A stretch of 64,000 nt of DNA, from NCBI GenBank assembly GCA_029858565.1, contig JAOUEV010000005.1:32001-96000 (forward strand). Direction: 5' to 3'. Positions 37,129 to 46,429 of the stretch are shown one piece after another. Origin of the DNA: Nitrospirota bacterium (GTDB lineage: Bacteria > Nitrospirota > UBA9217). How positions within the stretch are numbered: position 1 is the stretch's first letter; every line of letters starts with the position of its first letter. Made by a program: the position numbers and the translations under genes. The notes beneath the pieces were generated by a model, which saw only the letters and a list, made by a program, of their open reading frames with translations, was not told the origin of the DNA and did not search any database.

Positions 37129-38160
37129 ATGCAACTGCACTTCACCCGAACCAACGGCCTTGTTGACGAGGCCATCGACCGGCTCATCAGCCAGGCCGAG
37201 GGCGTGCGCAGGCCGGAGTATGTGCGCGAAATGATCCTGTCAGCGCTCAAGGCCGGGCAGGAGGACGATGAGCGCGCTGACATCAAGCTCATGAACTCCA
37301 CGCTCAAGGAGATGCGGTTCACGGCCAAGGTGTTCGGCCCCTACCGCCAGGTGCGCAAGGTGACGGTCTTCGGTTCCGCGCGCACTTCGCCCGATGAACC
37401 TGTTTACCAGATGGCACAGGATTTCGGGCGGGCGCTTGCCGCAGCCGGGTTCATGGCCATAACCGGAGGAGGAGGCGGGATCATGCGCGCTGTGAACGAG
37501 GGAGCGGGTCCCGAGCACTCCTTTGGCGTGAACATCAGGCTCCCTTTTGAACAGAACCCGAATCCCGTGCTGGCCGGAAATCCACGGCTGATCACTTATA
37601 AGTATTTTTTCAACCGCAAGGTCGCTTTCCTGAAAGAGGCTCACGCAATAGCCCTGTTCCCCGGCGGATTCGGCACACTTGATGAGGCAATGGAAACCCT
37701 CACCCTGGTCCAGACAGGCAAACGTGATCCCCTGCCGCTCATTCTGATCGACGAGCCCGGAGGCTCGTACTGGAAAGCCTGGATACGGTTCTTTGAAGAG
37801 GAAATGCTGACACGGGGATATGTGACTGGGTCGGATTTCGATCTCTTTGAGCGGGTCGATTCGATCGAGGCCGCTGTGGAAAAGATCAAGCACTTCTACA
37901 AACGGTACCACAGCCTGCGGTACGTGGAAGACCGGCTGGTTGTACGGCTCCTGGCTCCGCTTGAGCCGGACCAGGTCCGGGACCTGCAGGAGAGATTCCG
38001 GGATATGCTTGCACCGGGCGGCAGGATGGAGCTGTCAAGCGCAGACGAGGCCGAGGCCGGCGAAGAGGAGATCATCAGGCTGCCGCGGCTGGTCGTGGAC
38101 TTCAACCGCAGGGATTTCGGCAGGCTCAGGAATTTGATCAACGCGATCAACGAGTACTGA
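37129..38160 (+). CDS. LOG-family (Rossmann-fold, PGGxGTxxE) protein
   Basis: VFGSAR, TGGGGGIM, KYFFNRK, PGGFGTLDE; GAGGAG RBS before ATG 37129. Confidence 0.9.
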   Translation: MQLHFTRTNGLVDEAIDRLISQAEGVRRPEYVREMILSALKAGQEDDERADIKLMNSTLKEMRFTAKVFGPYRQVRKVTVFGSARTSPDEPVYQMAQDFGRALAAAGFMAITGGGGGIMRAVNEGAGPEHSFGVNIRLPFEQNPNPVLAGNPRLITYKYFFNRKVAFLKEAHAIALFPGGFGTLDEAMETLTLVQTGKRDPLPLILIDEPGGSYWKAWIRFFEEEMLTRGYVTGSDFDLFERVDSIEAAVEKIKHFYKRYHSLRYVEDRLVVRLLAPLEPDQVRDLQERFRDMLAPGGRMELSSADEAEAGEEEIIRLPRLVVDFNRRDFGRLRNLINAINEY

Positions 38161-38169
38161 GGCGGCCTG

Positions 38170-38598
38170 CTACCGCACGTACTCGGTCAGAAAATGCACC
38201 TGCGCCTGGAGCTTCTTCACGTGCGCCCTCACCACGTCGCGGATCGAGATGAGCCCCACGATCTCTCCTTCGTCCACGATCGGCATGTGCCGGAAGTTCT
38301 TCTGAACCATCACCGCCATGACGTAGTCGTTCTGATCGTCCGCCTCGGCCACGAGCAGGTTCTCGCTCTTGACCATGATGTCCGCGACGCGCACGCCGTC
38401 CAGGTCGCAGCCGGTCCTTCCCAGGATGCGCACCACATCCCGTTCCGTCACGATGCCGCAGAGCTTGCCGTCATCCTCCACGAGCAGGGCGCCGATGTTC
38501 TTGTCCATCATGATCCGCGCCACCTCGGGAATGCCCGTGTCCACGTCCACGGTCAGCACTTCGCTGCCTTTTTCCTTCAGAATATCCCGCATGGTCAT
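38170..38598 (-). CDS. CBS-domain protein
   Basis: Two CBS repeats (IGALLV..GIVTERD; RHMPIV..GLISIRD). Confidence 0.9.
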   Translation of the reverse strand: MTMRDILKEKGSEVLTVDVDTGIPEVARIMMDKNIGALLVEDDGKLCGIVTERDVVRILGRTGCDLDGVRVADIMVKSENLLVAEADDQNDYVMAVMVQKNFRHMPIVDEGEIVGLISIRDVVRAHVKKLQAQVHFLTEYVR

Positions 38599-38650
38599 AG
38601 AAATGACCTCCTAACCCGGACAAACCGGAACCAATACAGAGTCAAGATCG

Positions 38651-38739
38651 ATCTCGCGCAAAGCCGCAAAGGCCGCAAAGGAATTCACCGGTTATGAATT
38701 ACTTCGCCTTTCTTTGCGACTTCGCGTCTTTGCGAGAGA
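38651..38739. repeat. MITE-like element, same CGCAAAG family
   Basis: ATCTCGCGCAAAGCCGCAAAGGCCGCAAAG versus TTCTTTGCGACTTCGCGTCTTTGCGAGAGA. Confidence 0.85.
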
Positions 38740-38788
38740 ACAGCCTTTGTCTTTCGATTCTTGCTCTTTCATATATCTTTTTCAGCTG

Positions 38789-40300
38789 CTAATTCAGAAA
38801 ATTCATCGTCAGCTTGCTCAGACTGTCCAACGGCGTCCAGTAGAGGCCGAAGAGCAGCGTCAGGAACGTCAGGACCCCGAGCACGGCATAGGAAACGTAG
38901 CGCTCCGTCGTCATGGCCGAGAGCGGCGCTCCCTTCACCCGCTTGGACAGGAACATCATTTTTACAACCCGGGCATAGTAGAAGAGCGAAATGACGGTGT
39001 TCAACACCGCCACGACTGCGAGCCAGTATAAGCCGGGCCCCTTCTTGATCACCGCCATCAGCAGGTAAACCTTGCCGATGAACCCGGCAAAGGGCGGGAT
39101 GCCTGCCAGGGAAAAGAGCGCTATGGCCATGGCGGACGCCAGAAAAGCCCCCTGGGGGCCCTTCCATCCCAGCCCTTCGTACCCGTCGAGACGTTCGGTG
39201 TAGTATTCGTTCGCTATCACGATGGCCACCAGGAACGCCGCCAGGTTCATGAGCAGGTACACGGCGAAATAGAAGAACACGGCGCTGATCCCGAAGGCGC
39301 TCCGGCTCGCAACGGCCATGAGGGCATAGCCCGCGTGGGCGATGCTGGAGTAGGCCAGCAGCCGCTTGATGTTCCGCTGCGGCAGCGCCGCGAGGTTCCC
39401 CACGGTCATGGTGAGCGCGGAAAGGACCGCGATGGTGAAGGTCCAGTCGAACTGCGCCGCCGGCGGCGCCTCGGCCTGGGCTCCCACACCGAAGACCTGG
39501 TAGAGCACCCGCATCAGGATCGCGAAGCCTGCCGCCTTGGGCCCCACGGACAAAAAAGCGCTGAACGCGGTCGGCGCGCCTTCGTACACGTCGGGGCTCC
39601 AGAGATGGAACGGGAACGCCGCGATCTTGAAGCCCAGGCCGGTGAGGATGAAGGCGATGGAGATGAACAGCATGGACCCGGACACCTGGTTTGCAACAAG
39701 GTACGCTCTGATCGCGCTGAAATCCAGGGAACCGGTCAGGCCGTAGAGCAGTGAAAAGCCGTAGATCATCACCCCGGATGCGACCGCGCCGTAGAGCAGG
39801 TACTTCACCGCGGCCTCGGTGGTGCGCTCGTCGCGGTCCACGAAACCGGTCAAGAGGTAGGACGTGAAACTCAGGAGTTCCATGCCGAGATAGAGCATCA
39901 AAATGTTGTTCGAAGCAATGAACAGCATCATGCCGAGGCAGAGAGAAAGCGCGAGCACCGTGTACTCCATCGAGTCACGGAACCGCTTCGACGTTTCGCG
40001 CGCCAGCAGGGAAAAGAGGAGAAACAGAATACCCGAGACCAGGCAGAGGATCTTGAACAGACGGCCCAGGCTGTCGCTCCGGAGAAGACCATGGAATATC
40101 TCCGTTGAGCCGGGGCGGGTCGCGCAGGCGACAATTTCGAGCGCGAGCGTCACCGCAAGCCCGAATATTCCCAGCGAGTAATAGAGACCGGGCGTTCCCT
40201 GCTCCTTCCTGATCAAGAGGCTTGCAGCAAGCAGCAGGATGATGTAGACCGACAGGAACCCTTCGGATGCGAAGTATGTGAGACTTTCGAGGTTATTCAT
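38789..40300 (-). CDS. nuoN: Complex I subunit N
   Basis: EAAVKYLLYG, GFKIAAFPFHLWSPDVYEGAP, KRLLAYSSIAHAGY. Confidence 0.95.
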   Translation of the reverse strand: MNNLESLTYFASEGFLSVYIILLLAASLLIRKEQGTPGLYYSLGIFGLAVTLALEIVACATRPGSTEIFHGLLRSDSLGRLFKILCLVSGILFLLFSLLARETSKRFRDSMEYTVLALSLCLGMMLFIASNNILMLYLGMELLSFTSYLLTGFVDRDERTTEAAVKYLLYGAVASGVMIYGFSLLYGLTGSLDFSAIRAYLVANQVSGSMLFISIAFILTGLGFKIAAFPFHLWSPDVYEGAPTAFSAFLSVGPKAAGFAILMRVLYQVFGVGAQAEAPPAAQFDWTFTIAVLSALTMTVGNLAALPQRNIKRLLAYSSIAHAGYALMAVASRSAFGISAVFFYFAVYLLMNLAAFLVAIVIANEYYTERLDGYEGLGWKGPQGAFLASAMAIALFSLAGIPPFAGFIGKVYLLMAVIKKGPGLYWLAVVAVLNTVISLFYYARVVKMMFLSKRVKGAPLSAMTTERYVSYAVLGVLTFLTLLFGLYWTPLDSLSKLTMNFLN

Positions 40301-40309
40301 GATTGATAC

Positions 40310-41809
40310 CTACAATGCCGCCACCACCAGCGCATTCAGCGATCCCAGCGTGGACTTCATCAGGTTCAGCACCGGATGAGGGAATACGCCCAGGACCACG
40401 ACCAGGACCGCGAGCGGAGCAAGGCTTGCTATTTCCCGGCCGGTCAGGTCCGGCAATAAAGCATACTTCTGGTTTACCGCGCCGAGGAAGACCCGCTGCA
40501 GGGTCCAGAGGCAATAGGCGGCCGTAATGATCACGCCGGTCGCCGCGATGACCGCAAGCACGGTGTGCGTCTTGAAAGCGCCCAGGAGCACGAGCGCCTC
40601 GCTGATGAAGCTGTTCAGACCGGGCAGGCCCAGGGCCGCGAAGAAGGCCAGGAAAGTCACGAAAGCATAATTCGGCGTCACCGACGCAAGCCCGCCGAAG
40701 CCTTCGATCTCGCGGTGGTGCGCCCGGTCGTAGACCACGCCCACAAGCAGGAACAGCATCGCGGTCACCACCCCGTGATTGAACATCTGGAGCACCGCGC
40801 CGTTCAGACCTTCGTCGGTGAAGCTCGCCATGCCGAGCATCACGTAGCCCATGTGGCTGATGCTGGAGTAGGCCACGAGCTTCTTCAGGTCCTTTTGCGC
40901 CATGGCGCAGAGCGCGCCGTAGATGATGTTGATCGTGCCGATCACCGCCATGACCGTTGCCATGGAGCGGGTGACGTCGGGCAGCAGGCTGAAGTTGATC
41001 CGAAGGATGCCGTAGGTGCCCATCTTGAGCAGGATGCCCGCCAGCACCACGCTGATAGCGGTCGGCGCCTCCACGTGCGCATCGGGCAGCCAGGTGTGGA
41101 AGGGGAACAGCGGAACCTTGATCGCGAAGCCGATGAAGAGCCCCCACCAGAGGATCGCCCGGTAGCCCAGGACGCTGCTGTTCCTTGCCAGCTCCGTGAG
41201 ATCAAAGGTGTGCGGAGTCGAGACCAGGTAGGCATAGATGATCACCAGCAGCATCAGCACCGAGCCGACCAGGGTATAGATGAAGAACTTGATCGCCGCA
41301 TACTCCTTTCGAGGCCCCCCCCAGATGCCGATCAGAAAGTACATGGGCAGCAGCATCACTTCCCAGAATATGAAGAACAGGAAGAAATCGAGGGCAACGA
41401 AGACCCCCATCATCCCGGTCTCGAGCAGCAGGAACAGGAAGTGGTATCCCTTGACGCCCTTTTCGATGTTCCAGGAAGCCAGGATGCAGAGCGGGCAGAT
41501 CAGCGCGCACAGCAGGATCATGGGAATGCTCAGGCCGTCAACGCCCACGAAATAGTTGATATTGAAGTCCCGGATCCAGGCGTGCTTCTCCACGAACTGA
41601 ATGCCCGCTTCCGTGGTGAATCCCGACGAAGATGTGTTGAATCCGGCGAACAGCATGCCGGCCAACAGCAGCGGGATCAGGGTGAAAACGAGGGCGGTCC
41701 GGCGGATCGCGTCTTTCCGGTCACGGGGGATCAGCAGCACGACCGCGCCGCCAAGAAGCGGGAGAAAGGTGATGAGCGTCAGAATATGATTATGAATGAA
41801 CTCCGTCAT
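40310..41809 (-). CDS. nuoM: Complex I subunit M
   Basis: GVDGLS, FWEVMLLPMY, IKVPLFPFHTWLPDAHVEAP; start MTEF at 41809 with AGGAG RBS. Confidence 0.95.
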   Translation of the reverse strand: MTEFIHNHILTLITFLPLLGGAVVLLIPRDRKDAIRRTALVFTLIPLLLAGMLFAGFNTSSSGFTTEAGIQFVEKHAWIRDFNINYFVGVDGLSIPMILLCALICPLCILASWNIEKGVKGYHFLFLLLETGMMGVFVALDFFLFFIFWEVMLLPMYFLIGIWGGPRKEYAAIKFFIYTLVGSVLMLLVIIYAYLVSTPHTFDLTELARNSSVLGYRAILWWGLFIGFAIKVPLFPFHTWLPDAHVEAPTAISVVLAGILLKMGTYGILRINFSLLPDVTRSMATVMAVIGTINIIYGALCAMAQKDLKKLVAYSSISHMGYVMLGMASFTDEGLNGAVLQMFNHGVVTAMLFLLVGVVYDRAHHREIEGFGGLASVTPNYAFVTFLAFFAALGLPGLNSFISEALVLLGAFKTHTVLAVIAATGVIITAAYCLWTLQRVFLGAVNQKYALLPDLTGREIASLAPLAVLVVVLGVFPHPVLNLMKSTLGSLNALVVAAL

Positions 41810-41826
41810 GTACGATCTCCTTTGCC

Positions 41827-43905
41827 TTAAACCGTCATCAGCCGGATCACAATCCCCAGCGCCACCATGCAGACCAGCACCAGCACGTACACCTGCACCC
41901 TGCCAGTCTGCAGCTTGCGCACCTGTTCGCCGAAAGAGAGCGTCGAGTCGGCAACAAGGTTCACGGCGCCGTCCACGTAGGCCTGATCGAACCAACCGGC
42001 GATCCGCGCTTGCGTCCTGAGCGCGAGCCCGCTCACATTCACCAGCAGGTCGATGACGTGCCGGTCGAACAGGGCAAGGACGCGGCTCAGGATCTTCGTG
42101 CCGGTCACGAACAGGGCGCCGTAGATCTCATCGATATAATATTTGTTGTACACCAGCCGGTGAACGGGGCCGAGCCGTTCGGCCAGCATCACCGGGATGT
42201 CCGGCCTGGCCAGGTAGAAGAGATAAGCCAGTCCTCCCCCTGCCAGGGCAGCGCAAACCGACGCAGCCATGAGTACATACTCAATGGGATCGTGCGTCCC
42301 TGCGGTCCCGTGATGACCAAGAACCGGGGCCAGGAATTCGGCGATCCGGTTCGACCCTCCCAAGGCCGCTGGCACGCCGACTAGACCGGCTGCTGCCGAG
42401 AAACCTGCAAGGATGATAAGAGGAACCGTGATCGCGGCCGGCGATTCAGATATCACGCGATCATGAGCATGCTCACCGTGGTCGTCATGATGGTTATGAT
42501 GTGCATCCCGCCTCGTCTCACCGAAGAATGTCAGAAAGAGCAGCCGCGCCATATAGAATGCCGTGATGCCCGCTGTCAGGAACCCGGCGAACCAGAGGCC
42601 GGGATGGCCGTGTTCGCCGCTCCAGGCCTGCCACAGGATCTCGTCCTTGCTGAAGAAGCCGGAGAGCGGAGGCATGCCCATGATGGCAGCAGTGGCGAGA
42701 GCAAAGGTTGCGAAGGTCCTGGGCATGTGCTTCCGGAGACCGCCCATCTTCCTGATGTCCTGCTCATGGTGCATGCCCAGGATCACGCTGCCCGCGCCCA
42801 GGAACAAACAGGCCTTGAAAAACGCGTGAGTCATGACGTGGAACAGACCGGCTGACCAGGCCCCGACGCCCATGGCGAGAAACATATAGCCGAGCTGGCT
42901 CACCGTGGAATAAGCAAGCACCTTCTTAATGTCGTTCTGGAGGCATCCCATGGTCGCGGCAAGCAAGGCGGTTCCCGCGCCCGTAACCGCGATCACCGCC
43001 ATTGCCGTGTGGCTCATGGAGAACAGGAAGTTCAGCCTGCCGACCATATACACGCCCGCGGTCACCATGGTCGCGGCGTGGATCAGCGCGCTGACCGGTG
43101 TGGGGCCGGCCATGGCGTCAGGCAGCCAGACGTAGAGCGGGATCTGGGCAGATTTGCCGGTCGCGCCGAGGAAAAGCGCCAGGCAGATCACGGTCGCGAG
43201 GCTTGCGCCGAAGATCGTGGCGTCCTTCAAAAGGTGGGCATGTTCGGCAAGATACGAAAAACTCAGGATCGACGTCCCGGCGGACGGTCCTGCTGCCTTC
43301 GCAAGAAACCAGTAGAGCAGGAATAGACCTGCAATGAACCCGAAATCACCCACCCGGTTCACGATAAATGCTTTGTTCGCTGCCGTGGTATTTTGTTTCT
43401 CCTGAAACCAGAACCCGATCAGGAGGTACGAGCAGAGCCCCACCCCTTCCCATCCCACGAACATGAGCAGCGCATTCTCAGCCAGCACCAGAATGAGCAT
43501 GGAAAAGACGAACAGGTTCAAATAGGCGAAATACCGCGAGATCCCCTGGTCGCCGTGCATGTACGCGGTTGAGTACACATGGATCAGGAACCCGATCCCC
43601 GTGATGATCAGCAGCATCATTGCGCTCAAGGGGTCGAAGAGGAACGCTATCTCGACCTGCAGCGTTCCCAGGCTCATCCAGGTGTAGGCATGATTGACGA
43701 TCGCAGCGCCGTGGCTGCCGGCAACGACGATGAATGCAGCCGTGGACAGCAGAAAGGACAGGAAGACCATCGCGGAGGCGATATATCCCGATGCCGTCCC
43801 GCCGAACCGCTCCCGGAGCCGCTTTCCGAAGAAACCGTTCACCACCGCACCCAGCAGGGGGAGCAGAACGATGATAAAACCATATGATTTAATAAAATAG
43901 GTCAT
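41827..43905 (-). CDS. nuoL: Complex I subunit L with lengthened lateral helix
   Basis: GWEGVGLCSYLLIGFW, KSAQIPLYVWLPDAMAGPTPVSALIHAATMV, LQTG. Confidence 0.95.
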   Translation of the reverse strand: MTYFIKSYGFIIVLLPLLGAVVNGFFGKRLRERFGGTASGYIASAMVFLSFLLSTAAFIVVAGSHGAAIVNHAYTWMSLGTLQVEIAFLFDPLSAMMLLIITGIGFLIHVYSTAYMHGDQGISRYFAYLNLFVFSMLILVLAENALLMFVGWEGVGLCSYLLIGFWFQEKQNTTAANKAFIVNRVGDFGFIAGLFLLYWFLAKAAGPSAGTSILSFSYLAEHAHLLKDATIFGASLATVICLALFLGATGKSAQIPLYVWLPDAMAGPTPVSALIHAATMVTAGVYMVGRLNFLFSMSHTAMAVIAVTGAGTALLAATMGCLQNDIKKVLAYSTVSQLGYMFLAMGVGAWSAGLFHVMTHAFFKACLFLGAGSVILGMHHEQDIRKMGGLRKHMPRTFATFALATAAIMGMPPLSGFFSKDEILWQAWSGEHGHPGLWFAGFLTAGITAFYMARLLFLTFFGETRRDAHHNHHDDHGEHAHDRVISESPAAITVPLIILAGFSAAAGLVGVPAALGGSNRIAEFLAPVLGHHGTAGTHDPIEYVLMAASVCAALAGGGLAYLFYLARPDIPVMLAERLGPVHRLVYNKYYIDEIYGALFVTGTKILSRVLALFDRHVIDLLVNVSGLALRTQARIAGWFDQAYVDGAVNLVADSTLSFGEQVRKLQTGRVQVYVLVLVCMVALGIVIRLMTV

Positions 43906-43938
43906 CTTAGTTATCGTCGATCTGTTCTAAAGGTTTTT

Positions 43939-43958
43939 AATCCGCATTCCGCAATCGG
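43939..43958. repeat. Single-arm 7-bp array (ATTCCGC family)
   Basis: aatccgc-attccgc-aatcgg immediately after the nuoK stop. Confidence 0.6.
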
Positions 43959-43959
43959 A

Positions 43960-44271
43960 TCACCATTTCAGCGTCGTAAGATTATCCGCATTGATGTCGC
44001 GGTACCGCTTGTAGATCGCCAGCAGCAGCGCCAGGGCTATCGCCGCCTCGGCAGCCGCCAGCACGATCACGAACATCGAGACCATCTGTCCTTCCAGGTT
44101 GCGCGCGGTCAGCCTGCTGAAGGCCGCGAAGTTCAGGGCAGCGGAGTTCAGGATCAGCTCGATGCCCAGGAAGATGCCGATGATGCTCTTCTTCGAGACC
44201 ACGGTCAGGAGACCGGCAAGGAACAGGATCAGGCTGATGATGATATAGCTTGTAATGCCGGTCAGTTCCAT
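43960..44271 (-). CDS. nuoK: Complex I subunit K
   Basis: GIELILN, GQ..FVIVLAAAEAAIALA; start MELT at 44271. Confidence 0.93.
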   Translation of the reverse strand: MELTGITSYIIISLILFLAGLLTVVSKKSIIGIFLGIELILNSAALNFAAFSRLTARNLEGQMVSMFVIVLAAAEAAIALALLLAIYKRYRDINADNLTTLKW

Positions 44272-44282
44272 AGCGGTTCTCC

Positions 44283-44795
44283 CTATTGCACCGACCGCCG
44301 CGAGATCACGAGGCTGCCCACCAGGACCGCGAGCAGCAGGATCGAGACGATCTCGAAGGGCAGCAGATACTTGCTCAGGAGCAGGTCGCCCAGCCCCTTG
44401 ATCGTGGTCGCGGGATAGGCCGCATTCCCGTTCATTGCCCAGCGGGCGCCCTTGAGCGCGTAGAGGAAGGAACCCAGGAGCGCCAGGGCCGCCGCGCCCG
44501 CAAGCGCCATGCGCGGGCCGGAGATCATGTTCGTCTTCCGGATCTCGTCCACGTTCTTCGTCAGCAGGATCGCGAAGAGCAGCAGCACCGACACCCCGCC
44601 GATGTACACCACCACCTGGGTGATCGCCAGGAACTCCGCATCCAGGAAGAAATAGAGCCCCGACGTTCCGAGGAAGGTGAAAAAGAGCGCGAACGCGGAG
44701 TAGAGCACGTTCCGCGAAAAAACCACGATCAGACACGGAATCGTCGTCAAAAGCGCCACGCAGAGAAATACGATGTCTCTCATTCCGATTTCCAT
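44283..44795 (-). CDS. nuoJ: Complex I subunit J
   Basis: AEFLAITQVVVYIGGVSVLLLFAI, YLLPFEIVSILLL; start about 44795. Confidence 0.93.
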   Translation of the reverse strand: MEIGMRDIVFLCVALLTTIPCLIVVFSRNVLYSAFALFFTFLGTSGLYFFLDAEFLAITQVVVYIGGVSVLLLFAILLTKNVDEIRKTNMISGPRMALAGAAALALLGSFLYALKGARWAMNGNAAYPATTIKGLGDLLLSKYLLPFEIVSILLLAVLVGSLVISRRSVQ

Positions 44796-44801
44796 CAACT
44801 C

Positions 44802-44829
44802 TTCCTTCTTAATTCTTACTTCGTACTTA
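44802..44829. repeat. Single-arm 7-bp array (TTACTTC-like)
   Basis: ttccttc-ttaattc-ttacttc-gtactta spanning the nuoI stop and nuoJ RBS. Confidence 0.5.
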
Positions 44830-45289
44830 CAGCTGCCAGCTTCGCCACCGGAACCGGACCGGTCACGTGCCGCACGCACAGCTCCTGCATGTTGAAACAG
44901 GCGCCCTCGAACCGCTTCGAGAACACCAGGGCGTTCGACGGACACTCCTCCACGCAGAGCCCGCAGTACATGCACTTGGCCTGGTTCACGTCAAAGCGGG
45001 TGAGCATGCGGATCTCCGCGGTCTTTTCAACAGTGATCCTGATGCAGTTGATGGGACAGGCGCGCATGCACTGCATGCAGCCGATGCACTTGTCCAGGTC
45101 CAGCCGCAGGAAGCCGCGAAACCGGTCCGCCACGACGTCGGCAGCGGTCTTGCCCGGCCCCAGCCGGTCGGGATACTCCACGGTGATCGAGGGCTCCTTC
45201 ACCCAGTAGCGGAGCGTGATCTTCATCCCGGCGATGGTGGTCGTGACCGCGTCGGCGATATTCCGGAAATATTCGGCAACCGCGTTCAT
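44816..45289 (-). CDS. nuoI: Complex I subunit I (2x[4Fe-4S])
   Basis: TVEYPD, RFRG, CIGCMQCMRACP, CMYCGLCVEECP. Confidence 0.93.
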   Translation of the reverse strand: MNAVAEYFRNIADAVTTTIAGMKITLRYWVKEPSITVEYPDRLGPGKTAADVVADRFRGFLRLDLDKCIGCMQCMRACPINCIRITVEKTAEIRMLTRFDVNQAKCMYCGLCVEECPSNALVFSKRFEGACFNMQELCVRHVTGPVPVAKLAAVSTK

Positions 45290-46392
45290 AGCTTCGCCAT
45301 CCTCCAGAATATCCCGTTCCCGTCAAAGAGGAGCATCCAGGCCGCGGTCAGCACCAGGCAGGCGAAGGAGATCGGGACGAAGTATTTCCAGCACATGGCC
45401 ATCATCTGATCGATCCGGAGACGCGGCAGGGTCCAGCGCACCCAGATCGTCAGGAGGCAGAGCGGCGCGGCCTTGGCAAAAAAGACCGCCACCATCACGA
45501 GCTGCCAGCCCAGGCCGCTTGCGTAGGGGTCCCTGCCGATGTTCCCGCCGCCCAGGAATACGGCGGCCGCGAGCGCCGCGGTGATGAAGATGCTCGAAAA
45601 CTCCGCTGCAAAGAACAGGGCGAAGCGCATGCCCGAATACTCCACGTTGTACCCCGACACCAGCTCCGATTCAGCCTCGGGAAAATCGAAGGGCGTGCGG
45701 TTCATCTCCGCCAGACCGGAGATGAAAAAGATGATGAATGCAACAACAGTAAAGGGATTGTGGAACAGGAACCATTGCCACGGCCAGGGTCCCTGGGCCA
45801 TGACGATCTCCTGGAGCGAGAACGTGCCCGCGATCAGCACCACGGTCAAGAGCGAAAGCGCCGTGGGGATCTCGTAGCTGATGATCTGGGCAGCAGAGCG
45901 GATGCCGCCCAGCAGCGCCCATTTGTTGTTCGACGCCCAGCCGGACATGAGGAATCCGACCACCAGAAGGGAACTCACGACGATGATGAATATCAGCCCG
46001 ATGTTCAGGTCCGCGACCACGAAGGAGCCGCCGAAAGGGATCACGAGCGACGCCAGGACCGTTGAGGAGTAGACCAGATAGGGCGCGAGCTTGAAAAGTT
46101 TCTTGTCCGCCGCATCGGGGATGATGTCCTCCTTGAGCAGCAGTTTGACGCCGTCCACCGGGAACTGGAGCAGGCCCCAGGGTCCCACGCGGTTCGGCCC
46201 GACGCGGTTCTGGATATCCGCCGAGATCTTGCGCTCCAGGTAGGTGAGCATGCCCGCGATCATGCTCACGATCCCGATCACAGCCCCGCAGGGGACGGCG
46301 TAGGCCAGCAGCGTGATGACCATATCCGGCACGCCGTAGCCGCTGAGTGCAGGCTCAATGTTTTTATATATTTGATCTGCCGCGCTGTACAC
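45286..46392 (-). CDS. nuoH: Complex I subunit H
   Basis: ERK..RVGPNRVGPWGLLQ..KE, AQIISYE, AEMNRTPFDFPEAESELV. Confidence 0.95.
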   Translation of the reverse strand: MYSAADQIYKNIEPALSGYGVPDMVITLLAYAVPCGAVIGIVSMIAGMLTYLERKISADIQNRVGPNRVGPWGLLQFPVDGVKLLLKEDIIPDAADKKLFKLAPYLVYSSTVLASLVIPFGGSFVVADLNIGLIFIIVVSSLLVVGFLMSGWASNNKWALLGGIRSAAQIISYEIPTALSLLTVVLIAGTFSLQEIVMAQGPWPWQWFLFHNPFTVVAFIIFFISGLAEMNRTPFDFPEAESELVSGYNVEYSGMRFALFFAAEFSSIFITAALAAAVFLGGGNIGRDPYASGLGWQLVMVAVFFAKAAPLCLLTIWVRWTLPRLRIDQMMAMCWKYFVPISFACLVLTAAWMLLFDGNGIFWRMAKL

Positions 46393-46400
46393 AGGTGCTC

Positions 46401-46428
46401 CTTACCCCTTACGTCTTACGTTTCACGA
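46401..46428. repeat. Single-arm 7-bp array (CTTACGT family)
   Basis: cttaccc-cttacgt-cttacgt-ttcacga between nuoD and nuoH. Confidence 0.65.
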
Positions 46429-46429
46429 T

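Noticed and set aside
36788-37140. Small ORFs 36788-37084 (+) and 36853-37140 (-)
   Set aside because: They read through the CGCAAAG inverted arms (RKAAKAQR / LCGLCGFAR) and lack RBS or domain evidence.
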